Below are positions 46,233-55,271 of a DNA stretch of 64,000 nt, piece by piece. The position numbers and the translations under genes are program-made. Numbering within the stretch: position 1 is the first letter of the stretch; each line of letters opens with the position of its first letter. The stretch is from a virus. The notes under the pieces are model-generated. The model had not been told where the DNA came from and ran no database searches. It worked only from the letters and a program-made list of their open reading frames with translations. Location of the stretch: IMG/VR virus record IMGVR_UViG_3300010391_000058, positions 1-64,000 of that record, one strand, 5' to 3'.

Positions 46233-47944
46233 TGGGAGCTATAATTACAGAAACTCAGAAAGGTTTTGAAGTGAAGATCATTCCCTATGACGAAGGGATA
46301 AAGAATGCATTTAAAGGCATTAAGTATTCATGGTACCGGGGCCAGGATAAGACTTGGGTTGTTCCAAAATACCAGCAAGATGAGCTTGAAAGGGTAAAAA
46401 AGAGATTGGGAATCATGAACGATCCGGTTATTGAAATGGAAGAGCAGTATGGTGTAATACCACCACATCCCGATCTTAATATTGATTTGAAATTAAAAAG
46501 GCCATTGCTTAAATTTCAGGAACCGGGAGTTGCTATAGCTATCCAATGGAAAAAATCTATTTGCGGGGATGATATGGGCCTTGCAAAATCAAGCACAGCA
46601 ATAGCAGTAGCCAAGGCGCTGAACAGTAAATGTGTCCTGGTTATCTGCACGAACCTTGCAAAATACAATTGGCAGAATGAGATTATGATTGCTGACGGGC
46701 AAAAAAGCATGGTGATCAGCGATTCAGGAGTAAGCAGCTGGCAGCTTTATTACAAAAATGGTAATATCAAATACTTTATAGTCAACTATGAATCGTTAAA
46801 AAAATACTTTGTTAAACCAGGCTGGAAAAAACCACCGGGCCAATTCAGGTTATCAGCTATTCCTTTCCGGGAATGCATCAGCTTATTTGATTTTGTTATT
46901 GTAGATGAAAGTCATAATTGTGCCAACCCGGAGACACTACAGAGCCGGTTTGTCCGGGGTATTTGCAAGGATAAGCCTGCAGTAATATGTTTGACGGGCA
47001 CAATCTTAACCAATAGTGTAAAGGATATCGCAAACCAGCTATTGATCGTTGACAGGCTGAAGGACGTTGTTTCTCATATACCACACCCGGTTGATCAATA
47101 TGGCAGGCCAACAGACAGGGATGGATATACTAGATTCTTAAACAGGTATTGCAATGGCGGGAACGGAGAAAGCAATTTGAATGAGCTGCAGTATAGGTTA
47201 CGGATGATATGTTATTTCCGGAGACAGAAGTCAGAGGTGTTGAAGGATCTGCCTGACAAGATAAGGAATGTAATGTATTGCGATATCACAAACAGGGAAG
47301 AGTACGATAAGTTTGAAAAGGAATTCATTGCTTACCTGAAAGAGATAAAGGCCTCAAATAATCCGAATAAAAAGGCCATGCTTGCCGGGCAGATGTTGGT
47401 TAAATTAGGAGCACTCAGAGAAATAGCTGCCCGGGGAAAGATTGGAGCAGCAAAAGAGTATGTTGATCAAGTAACCAGCTCAGGGAAAAAGGTTGTGATA
47501 TTCGCTCACCACAGATCAGTGATTACCGAATTAAAAAAGAATTTTGGTTCATGTTCAATAACCGGGGAAGATGATAGTGACCACCGGCAGCGGTCAATAA
47601 AAAGTTTTCAGAACAACCCAAAAGAAAATAAAATTACCTGCAGCCTGAAAGTGGCAGGTGAATCTATTACTCTTACAGCGGCTTCTGATGTTCTTTCAGT
47701 AGAACAACCGTTGACCGATGCCCGGCTGGAGCAGTGTATTGACAGGCTTCACAGGATAGGGCAGGTAAATAAAGTTATGGCAGCTATTCTTTTGGCCCGG
47801 AAAACAGTTGATGTGTATGTATATCACAATATCATTTTAAAGAAAAGGGATTTGCTGCAGGCAGTAACCGGTGATCATGGGCAGGGCCCGGATCAGATAA
47901 TTGATGATATGCTGGAATACTTTTCAAAGAGAGAAAAAGAGTAA
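46232..47944 (+). CDS. SNF2-family (SMARCAL1/HARP-like) helicase
   Basis: DDMGLAKS, VNYE, VDESH, LTGT, RR.K.EVL.DLP.K, IFAHH, Q..DR.HRIGQ. Confidence 0.92.
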   Translation: MGAIITETQKGFEVKIIPYDEGIKNAFKGIKYSWYRGQDKTWVVPKYQQDELERVKKRLGIMNDPVIEMEEQYGVIPPHPDLNIDLKLKRPLLKFQEPGVAIAIQWKKSICGDDMGLAKSSTAIAVAKALNSKCVLVICTNLAKYNWQNEIMIADGQKSMVISDSGVSSWQLYYKNGNIKYFIVNYESLKKYFVKPGWKKPPGQFRLSAIPFRECISLFDFVIVDESHNCANPETLQSRFVRGICKDKPAVICLTGTILTNSVKDIANQLLIVDRLKDVVSHIPHPVDQYGRPTDRDGYTRFLNRYCNGGNGESNLNELQYRLRMICYFRRQKSEVLKDLPDKIRNVMYCDITNREEYDKFEKEFIAYLKEIKASNNPNKKAMLAGQMLVKLGALREIAARGKIGAAKEYVDQVTSSGKKVVIFAHHRSVITELKKNFGSCSITGEDDSDHRQRSIKSFQNNPKENKITCSLKVAGESITLTAASDVLSVEQPLTDARLEQCIDRLHRIGQVNKVMAAILLARKTVDVYVYHNIILKKRDLLQAVTGDHGQGPDQIIDDMLEYFSKREKE

Positions 47945-47946
47945 TT

Positions 47947-48225
47947 ATGAAAAGATATTTAATTGCAGTTGATAAACAGGTTACAACAACAAACCGTTTG
48001 GGTAGCCCGTTAATGCTATTTGAAATTACAGACGGTGTGATTAGACTTATGTCCTCTAGGATTATTGAGGCAATGCCAACAGAATTTGCATTTATAATGG
48101 AGGTAGAAAAAACAATTCATGATCTTAAACGACTTTATAAGTTTGAAATGAACCAGGTCTATTTATTGTCCGATTTTCCAGTTGTATTAAAGGATAGGGA
48201 TGTTAAAAACAGATTCGTACTTTAA
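47947..48225 (+). CDS. Hypothetical protein
   Basis: 92-aa ORF. Confidence 0.5.
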   Translation: MKRYLIAVDKQVTTTNRLGSPLMLFEITDGVIRLMSSRIIEAMPTEFAFIMEVEKTIHDLKRLYKFEMNQVYLLSDFPVVLKDRDVKNRFVL

Positions 48226-48227
48226 AG

Positions 48228-48545
48228 GTGGGAAATAATTCAACGATATCAGGATTGGAGCGAAGGGTTTTTAAATATGACAGCTCAAAGGCAGATAAAA
48301 GATTTTTTAAGCAAAAGATCGTTGATTTTGTAAGGGAAAAGCCAGATGGCAAGAGCTATACTCAGTATCTTATTGATGCAATTTGGTTAAGGAATAATAA
48401 GGGTGAGACAACAAAGTACATGTATTTCAATGACCGGATACAGCAATTATTTATTGACAGATATTTTTACAGTTGGGCTAGAAAGATGATTGGTTTTATC
48501 GAAGAGGAAGCTGAACGTGCATACGGGAAAAATACATCGGCATAA
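48228..48545 (+). CDS. Hypothetical protein
   Basis: 105-aa ORF, GTG start. Confidence 0.5.
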   Translation: MGNNSTISGLERRVFKYDSSKADKRFFKQKIVDFVREKPDGKSYTQYLIDAIWLRNNKGETTKYMYFNDRIQQLFIDRYFYSWARKMIGFIEEEAERAYGKNTSA

Positions 48546-48596
48546 GTGCGGAATGGATCAATTAAATGTTTAAATTTAAAGAGCAAAAAAGTTACT

Positions 48597-49112
48597 ATGC
48601 TTACTGATTATTTAAAAAAGAGACAGGAACATATTTTTGCAGGCAGGCCGTTGCGGGAAAAGAAAGTTCATACATTAAACCAGGTATCGCCAAAGACAGC
48701 TGCAAAAAAAGCCGAACAGAAAAAGGAAGAAAAAAAGAAACAAGCTAATGGAACCGGTAAACTATCGTTGAAGAAATGGTTTTTGGATATTGAAGAAAAA
48801 CATTGGTCAAGCGGAATGTGTTGTTGTATGGAATGTGGAGTAGCAATTCCAAGATCATTTGCTAAGTTCGCAACGGCTCATTTATTACCAAAGAAACTTT
48901 TTAATTCAATAAAAACACATGAGCTTAATTATCTCATATTGGGTGCCGGTTGCGGATGCCACGATAAAACAGATCGGGTAGATAAATTCAGTCAAATGAA
49001 AGTATGGCCGGAGGCAGCACGAAGGATTAAAGAAATGATACCCTTACTTCCATTTGATGAACTTAAATATTTATCAGGACAATTAATGACAGCACTAGAA
49101 AATACGCCATGA
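48597..49112 (+). CDS. HNH-like Zn-binding nuclease (NinG-like)
   Basis: CMECG...AHLLPK...N...LG..CGCH. Confidence 0.65.
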   Translation: MLTDYLKKRQEHIFAGRPLREKKVHTLNQVSPKTAAKKAEQKKEEKKKQANGTGKLSLKKWFLDIEEKHWSSGMCCCMECGVAIPRSFAKFATAHLLPKKLFNSIKTHELNYLILGAGCGCHDKTDRVDKFSQMKVWPEAARRIKEMIPLLPFDELKYLSGQLMTALENTP

Positions 49113-49486
49113 TAAACGCAAGTGAATTAAGAATCGGAAATTTTGTATTGAACGGAAACGGTAAGTATACAAAAATCACTTACCATGAAATAAGGTACGC
49201 CCAAATTTATCCAGATAATAATTACAACCCAATTCCGCTTACCCCTGAAATATTAGAAAAAAGTGGGTTTAAAAAGATTCAGGACTCTTTTGACCGTGCG
49301 GAATGGAGTAAATTAACCACTGGTAAAATTGTGAGCCTTCAACAAGATGGAGTGCCTGGTAATTTTGAAGCCATTAAACAGCCTTTTATTTTTAAGTGGG
49401 ATTGGCTTGAAGAAGCGAAGATTCAAATTACACACTTACACCAACTTCAAAACCTTTACTTTGCATTAACAAATTCTGAATTATAG
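49109..49486 (+). CDS. YopX-like Bacteroidota phage protein
   Basis: ELRIGN, PIPLTPEILEK.GF, HQLQNLYFALT..EL. Confidence 0.75.
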   Translation: MINASELRIGNFVLNGNGKYTKITYHEIRYAQIYPDNNYNPIPLTPEILEKSGFKKIQDSFDRAEWSKLTTGKIVSLQQDGVPGNFEAIKQPFIFKWDWLEEAKIQITHLHQLQNLYFALTNSEL

Positions 49487-49493
49487 TAAACTT

Positions 49494-49916
49494 ATGAGTA
49501 CAAAGGAACTAACATTTAATAGAGAAAGGTTTGCTACTGCAAGTCTTATTTACAGAAATGAAAATGAACTTACTGTAGAGAAATTCGCAGAACGAATGGG
49601 CGTTTCCAGCTATGTTATTAATGCCTACGAATTGAAGAGAAGCGGGCCCACCTTACATACTGCAATCAACTTCTGCAGGATTACAGGAAACGATTTCTAT
49701 TCTTTTATAGATGAGGGATCAAAAAAAAATCCGCAGTGTAGTTTAACCGATATTAATAAAATTGATACCGGTTGCGATTTTAATTTTAAGCCAGAAACTA
49801 TTAAACTTGAAATGAAGGAAGAGAAGGGAAAGTATTTTGTAAGAATTAATGGCGGCGGGGATTGGATTGCTGCCGATTGGAACAAGGGGGAAAGCACCGT
49901 TAGAATTCATTATTAA
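49494..49916 (+). CDS. XRE-family HTH protein
   Basis: LT.E.FAERMGVS...I.AYE..R..P. Confidence 0.75.
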   Translation: MSTKELTFNRERFATASLIYRNENELTVEKFAERMGVSSYVINAYELKRSGPTLHTAINFCRITGNDFYSFIDEGSKKNPQCSLTDINKIDTGCDFNFKPETIKLEMKEEKGKYFVRINGGGDWIAADWNKGESTVRIHY

Positions 49917-49931
49917 AACCAAAATAAGACT

Positions 49932-50225
49932 ATGACCAAGTGGATAAGCATTACAGAGGTTAAACCTTTTGTAATTAAAAAGACTAAGACTTTTTGGATC
50001 GTAACAAAAGAAGGTAATCAGCATTTAGGAATAATACAATGGTATGCTCCTTGGCGTAAATATTCTTTCTTTCCAAAGCCGGATACTGTTTGGGAGACAC
50101 AATGCCTGAAAGATGTAACGGCCTTCATTGAAAACCTTATGGTTGAGCACAAAAAAGAATTACAAAACAGAAAAAAGCAAGATCATGGGATTACCAGTAA
50201 AAACAAAAGGCGGCCAAATGAATAA
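49932..50225 (+). CDS. Hypothetical protein
   Basis: LG.I.WY.PWRKY.FFP....V....CL. Confidence 0.7.
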   Translation: MTKWISITEVKPFVIKKTKTFWIVTKEGNQHLGIIQWYAPWRKYSFFPKPDTVWETQCLKDVTAFIENLMVEHKKELQNRKKQDHGITSKNKRRPNE

Positions 50226-50295
50226 GGCCCAAAAAAAGAAAAGGAATCACAGAGAGAAGATGAAAAAGAATTCACGAAGAGCAAACCGGCGCTGA
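50185..50295 (+). CDS. 36-aa Arg/Lys-rich peptide (not in ORF track)
   Basis: MGLPVKTKGGQMNKAQKKKRNHREKMKKNSRRANRR*; TGATG coupled to next gene. Confidence 0.5.
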   Translation: MGLPVKTKGGQMNKAQKKKRNHREKMKKNSRRANRR

Positions 50296-50513
50296 TGAGG
50301 CATTTTAATTGTCATGCCAGGAGTAGGCAGAATCGGAAACGGCTGATAGATAAAAGTACTCACCGGAATTTAATACCGATGAAAATAACCCCGGTGCCCA
50401 AAGTGGTGAATGAGAAACTTATAAATTATAGTCTAAAGGACTGTATTATCATTATTGATACTCCAGGATGTTGGGGATCAAACTTCGATCATGGTATGCA
50501 TGGAAGAAGGTAA
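50295..50513 (+). CDS. Hypothetical protein, Arg-rich N-terminus
   Basis: 72 aa. Confidence 0.45.
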   Translation: MRHFNCHARSRQNRKRLIDKSTHRNLIPMKITPVPKVVNEKLINYSLKDCIIIIDTPGCWGSNFDHGMHGRR

Positions 50514-50525
50514 ATATAAAGAGAT

Positions 50526-50876
50526 ATGTGTTGTAATATTCCAGCTAATATAATGGATTGTTGTTCAAAACCTGATTGGGCTGGTACAGTCAAGATGATT
50601 GAAGATTGCGGGTTTGAAATTCCCACTTGGAGCAGGCATGCTATTTTAGACGGCAAATGTACCTCAGTAAATATCGGCCCGGATAACGGCGAAGGAATTC
50701 CGTTTGTTGATATTGAAGAAAGGGGCTGGAAAAGTCAGAGGTTCCTGCATCCATATAAACAACTTGCAAAGGCTATTGTATTTAACATTCTGAACCCGGA
50801 TTGGGCTGAACGAAAAAAGCAGGAAATAAAAGAATGGATGGATGAAAAAATACCGGAGTTTATCCGGCCAATATAA
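50526..50876 (+). CDS. Hypothetical protein
   Basis: 116 aa. Confidence 0.55.
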   Translation: MCCNIPANIMDCCSKPDWAGTVKMIEDCGFEIPTWSRHAILDGKCTSVNIGPDNGEGIPFVDIEERGWKSQRFLHPYKQLAKAIVFNILNPDWAERKKQEIKEWMDEKIPEFIRPI

Positions 50877-50881
50877 AATAT

Positions 50882-51142
50882 ATGATACAAGAAAAGGTTA
50901 GAAAAAAGAGGCTGGAGCTGCCGGATGATGCGAAGGAATTTATTATGGCTAATTATCAAAGCATGTCCGTTCCGGATATGGCAAAGAAGATGAAGCGGGG
51001 CAGTACAACGGTATATGGCTGGATGAAAGATCTGCAGCTGAAGCCCAAAGGCCTTACGATTACAAATGATCACCCCTTTAAAAAGAGTAACCGGAACCTG
51101 GAGGCATTTTTAACCAGCTGCAGGAACGATAGAATAAAATAA
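50882..51142 (+). CDS. HTH DNA-binding protein
   Basis: FI..NY..MSV..MA..M.R...TVY.W. Confidence 0.65.
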   Translation: MIQEKVRKKRLELPDDAKEFIMANYQSMSVPDMAKKMKRGSTTVYGWMKDLQLKPKGLTITNDHPFKKSNRNLEAFLTSCRNDRIK

Positions 51143-51146
51143 AACG

Positions 51147-51419
51147 ATGCCAAAAAACAAACTTTACGGTGTGCAGCAAGCAATGGCTCAGGTAGAACAA
51201 TCTAAGTCCAGAAGAGCAGCTGAATATAAAAGGGCTTTTCTTGCTGTTGCAGCCTTATCAAAGTTGACCAGGATTAGTATTAAGCCCACTCATGGATATC
51301 AGGGAAATTGCAGGTGGCAGGTTAATGCTTTTGGAAAGATATTTTATAATTACGATTTGATTGAAGCTTTAAGAGAAGTCGCAATTTTAGGAAGTAAACT
51401 ATATGAGAAACAGCACTAA
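51147..51419 (+). CDS. Hypothetical protein
   Basis: 90 aa. Confidence 0.5.
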   Translation: MPKNKLYGVQQAMAQVEQSKSRRAAEYKRAFLAVAALSKLTRISIKPTHGYQGNCRWQVNAFGKIFYNYDLIEALREVAILGSKLYEKQH

Positions 51420-51594
51420 ACTTAAAAAGATATTGGAGGATAATACCATAGGTTTATCTACTTCAAATCACAATTGGCAAATGTCAATCATCAATTTCAA
51501 AACCAAAGAAAGATATCAGGTGGAAGGAAAAAGTTTTACGGAAGTAATAAATAAAGCATTTAAACAATATGGCATCGGCAGGCGCAGACTTTAG
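51403..51594 (+). CDS. Hypothetical protein
   Basis: 63 aa. Confidence 0.5.
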   Translation: MRNSTKLKKILEDNTIGLSTSNHNWQMSIINFKTKERYQVEGKSFTEVINKAFKQYGIGRRRL

Positions 51595-52069
51595 TAATGA
51601 TCGAAAGTACAGGTACAGACTTTGGAGAATATGGGATGATTCTCTTCCAAGGGCTATGCTTATTGGTTTGAACCCATCCACTGCAAACGAAAATAAAAAC
51701 GATAACACCATTAATATTTTAATTCGTGTTATGACAACTTTGGGATATGGTGGATTTTATATGATGAACTGTTTTGCTTTTATAGCCAGCAAACCAGAAC
51801 TACTTAAACACAACCAGCTGTCCGATGAATGGAACAATAATTTTCTTATAGTAACAGCCGGGGAATGTTCAGATGTAATTTTCGCATGGGGAAGCTTTGA
51901 GATCATTAAAGAGACGGGCAGAGATAAAGAGCTTATGGAGCTATTTCCGAATGCATTATGTTTCGGCCATAATCAAAATGGAACACCGTTTCATCCCAGG
52001 GCACTTAGTTATAAAGGATTACTTAACAAACCTGAACTTATAAAATTTTCATCAAATGGCAGAGAATAG
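51569..52069 (+). CDS. DUF1643 domain protein
   Basis: YRYRLWR.W, LNPSTA...D.T, I.AWG, G.P.HP. Confidence 0.9.
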   Translation: MASAGADFSNDRKYRYRLWRIWDDSLPRAMLIGLNPSTANENKNDNTINILIRVMTTLGYGGFYMMNCFAFIASKPELLKHNQLSDEWNNNFLIVTAGECSDVIFAWGSFEIIKETGRDKELMELFPNALCFGHNQNGTPFHPRALSYKGLLNKPELIKFSSNGRE

Positions 52070-52322
52070 ATTTATAGTTGCTGAAGTTTCTAAAAATTGG
52101 GAGCAAGGCAATTTTTAGCAAGGAGACAATAAAGAACTTGAATTGTTGTCTCAAAGGTTTGAACTGGTTATCAATACCAATTTTGAAAGAGGGTATAAAT
52201 TATCAGATTGGAAAACCAGCGTGTTTGTTCATGATGGAGTAGTAAGCGAAACTATTATTGCGATTTTCGAAAAAATTGTTGATTTCACTTATAAAGGCTT
52301 TAAAGAACAGGAGGAAAATTAA
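52056..52322 (+). pseudogene. 88-codon gene with one in-frame TAG (52116-52118)
   Basis: MAENRFIVAEVSKNWEQGNF*QGDNKELELLSQRFELVINTNFERGYKLSDW...QEEN*. Confidence 0.6.
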
Positions 52323-52379
52323 TGGCAGAGAGTAACAAAAGGTAACGGTTTGTGTCCACTGTATTTTGTATCTTTGATT

Positions 52380-52943
52380 ATGGCTCAAACTCACAATGGA
52401 AGGATATTACAGTTTTGTAATAAACATGGCTTAGATTATGAGTTTTACAAAAAACAAAGAAAAGCTGGATTAAAATGGTGTACGGGTTGTAAGGAGTGGC
52501 ATGCATTTAAAGAGTTTGGGAAAGATAAAACACGGTATGACGGGTTTGCGGCAATGTGTCTTGATTACAGGAGCAGATTTGACAAACGTAGGTATGTTCC
52601 AAAAACAAGAGTTTCTAAAAAGGGGGCTCGGTTTGTTCCAGCAAGGGATAATGATAAAAACCAGGCAAGAGCAAGAGTAAACAGATTTGTTCGTGTCGGG
52701 ATTCTACCAAACCCAAACGAACTTCCCTGTGTAGATTGTGGACACACTAAAGAAAGTAAAGAAAAAAGAAGGCATGAATATGATCATTATAAGGGATATA
52801 AAGCCGAACACCAAGAAACAGTAGAAGTGGTTTGTAGTATTTGTCACAAAAAAAGAACAAACAAATTATATGGGAAAAGAAACCGGAATAAGTTGGACGG
52901 ACGCTACATGGAACATAGCAAGGGGATGTACAAAAGTGGATGA
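52380..52943 (+). CDS. HNH-type endonuclease with Zn fingers
   Basis: KWCTGC, CVDCG...YDHY.GY...VCSICH; own promoter-like TTTG...TATCTTTG upstream. Confidence 0.7.
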   Translation: MAQTHNGRILQFCNKHGLDYEFYKKQRKAGLKWCTGCKEWHAFKEFGKDKTRYDGFAAMCLDYRSRFDKRRYVPKTRVSKKGARFVPARDNDKNQARARVNRFVRVGILPNPNELPCVDCGHTKESKEKRRHEYDHYKGYKAEHQETVEVVCSICHKKRTNKLYGKRNRNKLDGRYMEHSKGMYKSG

Positions 52944-53724
52944 AGATTGTAAATTCTGTTATATGTACCGGGATAGTATGAATGGCACAAGGTATAAACC
53001 AGCTCAGGTTGTCAGAACAAAAACAGTCTTTGATTTTCCTTTAAAATACAAGGAAACAAAAAGTAGTTGTTGGGATGGGAAGCCGCTAATATTTACCAGT
53101 AGCCTAACAGATTTTTTCCATGAAGATATTGATGGGTACAGGAATGAGGCCTGGGATATCATTCGAAAGTGCCCTCACCTTATTTTTCAAATTCTTACCA
53201 AAAGGCCTGAAAGAATCTTGAAGCATTTACCTGATGATTGGGGAGATGGATGGGATAACGTTTGGTTAGGAACGTCTGCCGGCAGCGGTGGAGAAAAACA
53301 GATGAAAAGAATTGAAGATCTAATGGAGGTAAAACTTTCCGGAAAGGCTAAAGTTATTTTCCTTTCCTTGGAACCACTACACGGGCCAATTGATCTAAAT
53401 AATGAGTTTGATTTTTCTCCTATTGATTGCAGCGCCAATATTTTAGAGTACTGCGATTGGGTGATTGTTGGTGGAGAGAGCGGTAATGATGTAGGTAAAT
53501 ACCGGTACCGGCCCTGCAGCATTGAGTGGATTCATAAGATCGTTTATGACTGCCAGGAAAACGTGGTTCCAGTATTCGTTAAACAGCTTGGCACTCATCT
53601 ATCAAAAGAATTAAAAATGTCTGATCGGCATGGTGGGAATATTGATGAGTTCCCGGAACATTTACAGTTTCGGCAATTCCCTGGTTGGTATGATTCCGAA
53701 AAAAGTTCTTTGCAGATAAAATAA
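52870..53724 (+). CDS. DUF5131 (phage Gp37/Gp68) radical SAM-like protein
   Basis: ISWTDATWN...GCTKV...CKFCY, QILTKRPER, S.EPL.GPI, WVIVGGESG, FVKQLG. Confidence 0.93.
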   Translation: MGKETGISWTDATWNIARGCTKVDEDCKFCYMYRDSMNGTRYKPAQVVRTKTVFDFPLKYKETKSSCWDGKPLIFTSSLTDFFHEDIDGYRNEAWDIIRKCPHLIFQILTKRPERILKHLPDDWGDGWDNVWLGTSAGSGGEKQMKRIEDLMEVKLSGKAKVIFLSLEPLHGPIDLNNEFDFSPIDCSANILEYCDWVIVGGESGNDVGKYRYRPCSIEWIHKIVYDCQENVVPVFVKQLGTHLSKELKMSDRHGGNIDEFPEHLQFRQFPGWYDSEKSSLQIK

Positions 53725-53840
53725 TTCCTGTTATCTTCGAATTATAACAGTCTGGTATTATTCGGTAGCACGGATATTGCCAGGTAAAAGATGAAACAGT
53801 CTTTTTCCCTTACCTCCAGTGCTACATGGAGGTTTTTTTT
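53709..53840 (+). promoter_or_regulatory. Promoter plus two-hairpin leader/terminator with complementary loops
   Basis: TTTG (53709) and TATCTTCG (about 53732); GTAGCAC (53765-53771) complementary to terminator loop GTGCTAC (53819-53825); T tract to 53840. Confidence 0.7.
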
Positions 53841-53859
53841 ATCTTCTAAAACAAGTCAA

Positions 53860-54138
53860 ATGAAAAAACTTCTCACACTCATCATTCTTTCTATTGCCTT
53901 TACCGTTTCCTGCCATGCACAAAAAGACAGCCTGAATAAGAAAGTTCAGGACACCGTTGCAGTAGAAACAACTCCTTTGTTATCTTATAACGATATAAAT
54001 TTACTTTTTGAAAAAGTTCTATTGGACATGCCTCTTCGATATGCCGGCCCTATTCGGGATGCTTTAATTACTTTACTCAGCCAAAGGGAAGTTGAGTATA
54101 ATGCAAAAAAGAAGCTCCAGAAAAAGCAGAATAAATAA
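53860..54138 (+). CDS. Secreted hypothetical protein
   Basis: MKKLLTLIILSIAFTVSCHA|Q signal peptide. Confidence 0.65.
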   Translation: MKKLLTLIILSIAFTVSCHAQKDSLNKKVQDTVAVETTPLLSYNDINLLFEKVLLDMPLRYAGPIRDALITLLSQREVEYNAKKKLQKKQNK

Positions 54139-54157
54139 CCTTTAAACAAAAAATCAA

Positions 54158-54514
54158 ATGATTACTGTTTTCCAGCAGCTAAGCCTGTATTGTCAGGCGA
54201 AGGGCTTGACAGCCCCTACAAAGGACGATCTTACCAATGCCGGCAATATTGTATCACATCATTTCAGGCGATTTTGGGTGCCTAAGAAGTACATTGAAGT
54301 TGGTTCTATAATTCCCGATGCCGGGTTTATAGTGCAACAGGAAGGTGATAACAAGCATGTAGTGGCTGGATACCCTGATATTTTTAAGGATGAAATGAAT
54401 AGCAGGTTTGATATGTACTTTGAGAATAAGGCAAAGGAAAAGCCAGTGATCAAAGAAAAGAAACCCCCAAAGCCGGGTGCCTATCTTGCTTATCAAGCCA
54501 AACCAGGAAAGTGA
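54158..54514 (+). CDS. Hypothetical protein (antirepressor C-terminal-like)
   Basis: G..V...F......Q.EG....V..YP. Confidence 0.55.
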   Translation: MITVFQQLSLYCQAKGLTAPTKDDLTNAGNIVSHHFRRFWVPKKYIEVGSIIPDAGFIVQQEGDNKHVVAGYPDIFKDEMNSRFDMYFENKAKEKPVIKEKKPPKPGAYLAYQAKPGK

Positions 54515-54515
54515 A

Positions 54516-55271
54516 ATGGCCGAAAAAAATTCAGGGTGGGTTAAAATCCACCGGAAAATTATGGAAAGTGCCGGGTACTTTTCAGAACCTTTCTGCAGGA
54601 ATGCAGCATGGTTTGATCTTATCCTTTTGGCTAACCATGATGAGAATTATTTTCGGGCCAGGGGGATCAGGATTACAGTAAAAAGGGGTCAGGTTGGGTA
54701 TGGTATGAGAGAATTAAGTAAGCGTTGGAGGTGGTCAAGGGGTAAGGTTGAGCGATTCATGAAAGAGCTTGAATTTGATAAGAAGATAGTAAGGCAGAAA
54801 AACAATGTAACTACTTTAATATCATTGGTTAACTATTCAAAGTATAATAGCAATGATACCACAGACAAAAACCCAAGTGAACAGCAAGCAGAAAACCAGA
54901 CGGGCCTAAACAAGAATGATAAGAATGTAAAGAATGGTAAGAAGTATATACATAAAAAACGAAAAAAGGATGTGTTGGCTGATACGAATACAATTCTGTT
55001 AATAGATTTTGCCTTTGAAGATGAGGCGTTTAAAGAAAAATATTTACGGTGGGTTGATCATTTAACAGCAAAAGGAAAGCGACCAACTGAAGCAACGATC
55101 ATTGAGCACATGCAGTTTTTAAAAGAGTATGAAGTTGATAAAGCAATACAGATAATTGGTTATTCACTGAATGGTGGATATCCAGTTTTATATGAACCAA
55201 AAGAAAATGGAAAACAATCAAATAGCCCAGGTTCAGAAACTACCAGATCGGTTACTGATCTATTGTCCTGA
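54516..55271 (+). CDS. Phage replication initiator (replisome organiser)
   Basis: GWVKIHRKI, W.DL.LLANH, RGQ......LS.RW.WSR.KV.RF...LE, I...NY.KY; AAGAAT repeats in linker. Confidence 0.85.
   Translation: MAEKNSGWVKIHRKIMESAGYFSEPFCRNAAWFDLILLANHDENYFRARGIRITVKRGQVGYGMRELSKRWRWSRGKVERFMKELEFDKKIVRQKNNVTTLISLVNYSKYNSNDTTDKNPSEQQAENQTGLNKNDKNVKNGKKYIHKKRKKDVLADTNTILLIDFAFEDEAFKEKYLRWVDHLTAKGKRPTEATIIEHMQFLKEYEVDKAIQIIGYSLNGGYPVLYEPKENGKQSNSPGSETTRSVTDLLS

Noticed and set aside
53701-53712. Fourth AAGTTCTTT boxA-like copy
   Set aside because: It lies inside the DUF5131 coding end, and its TTTG is spaced as the -33 element of the downstream promoter.
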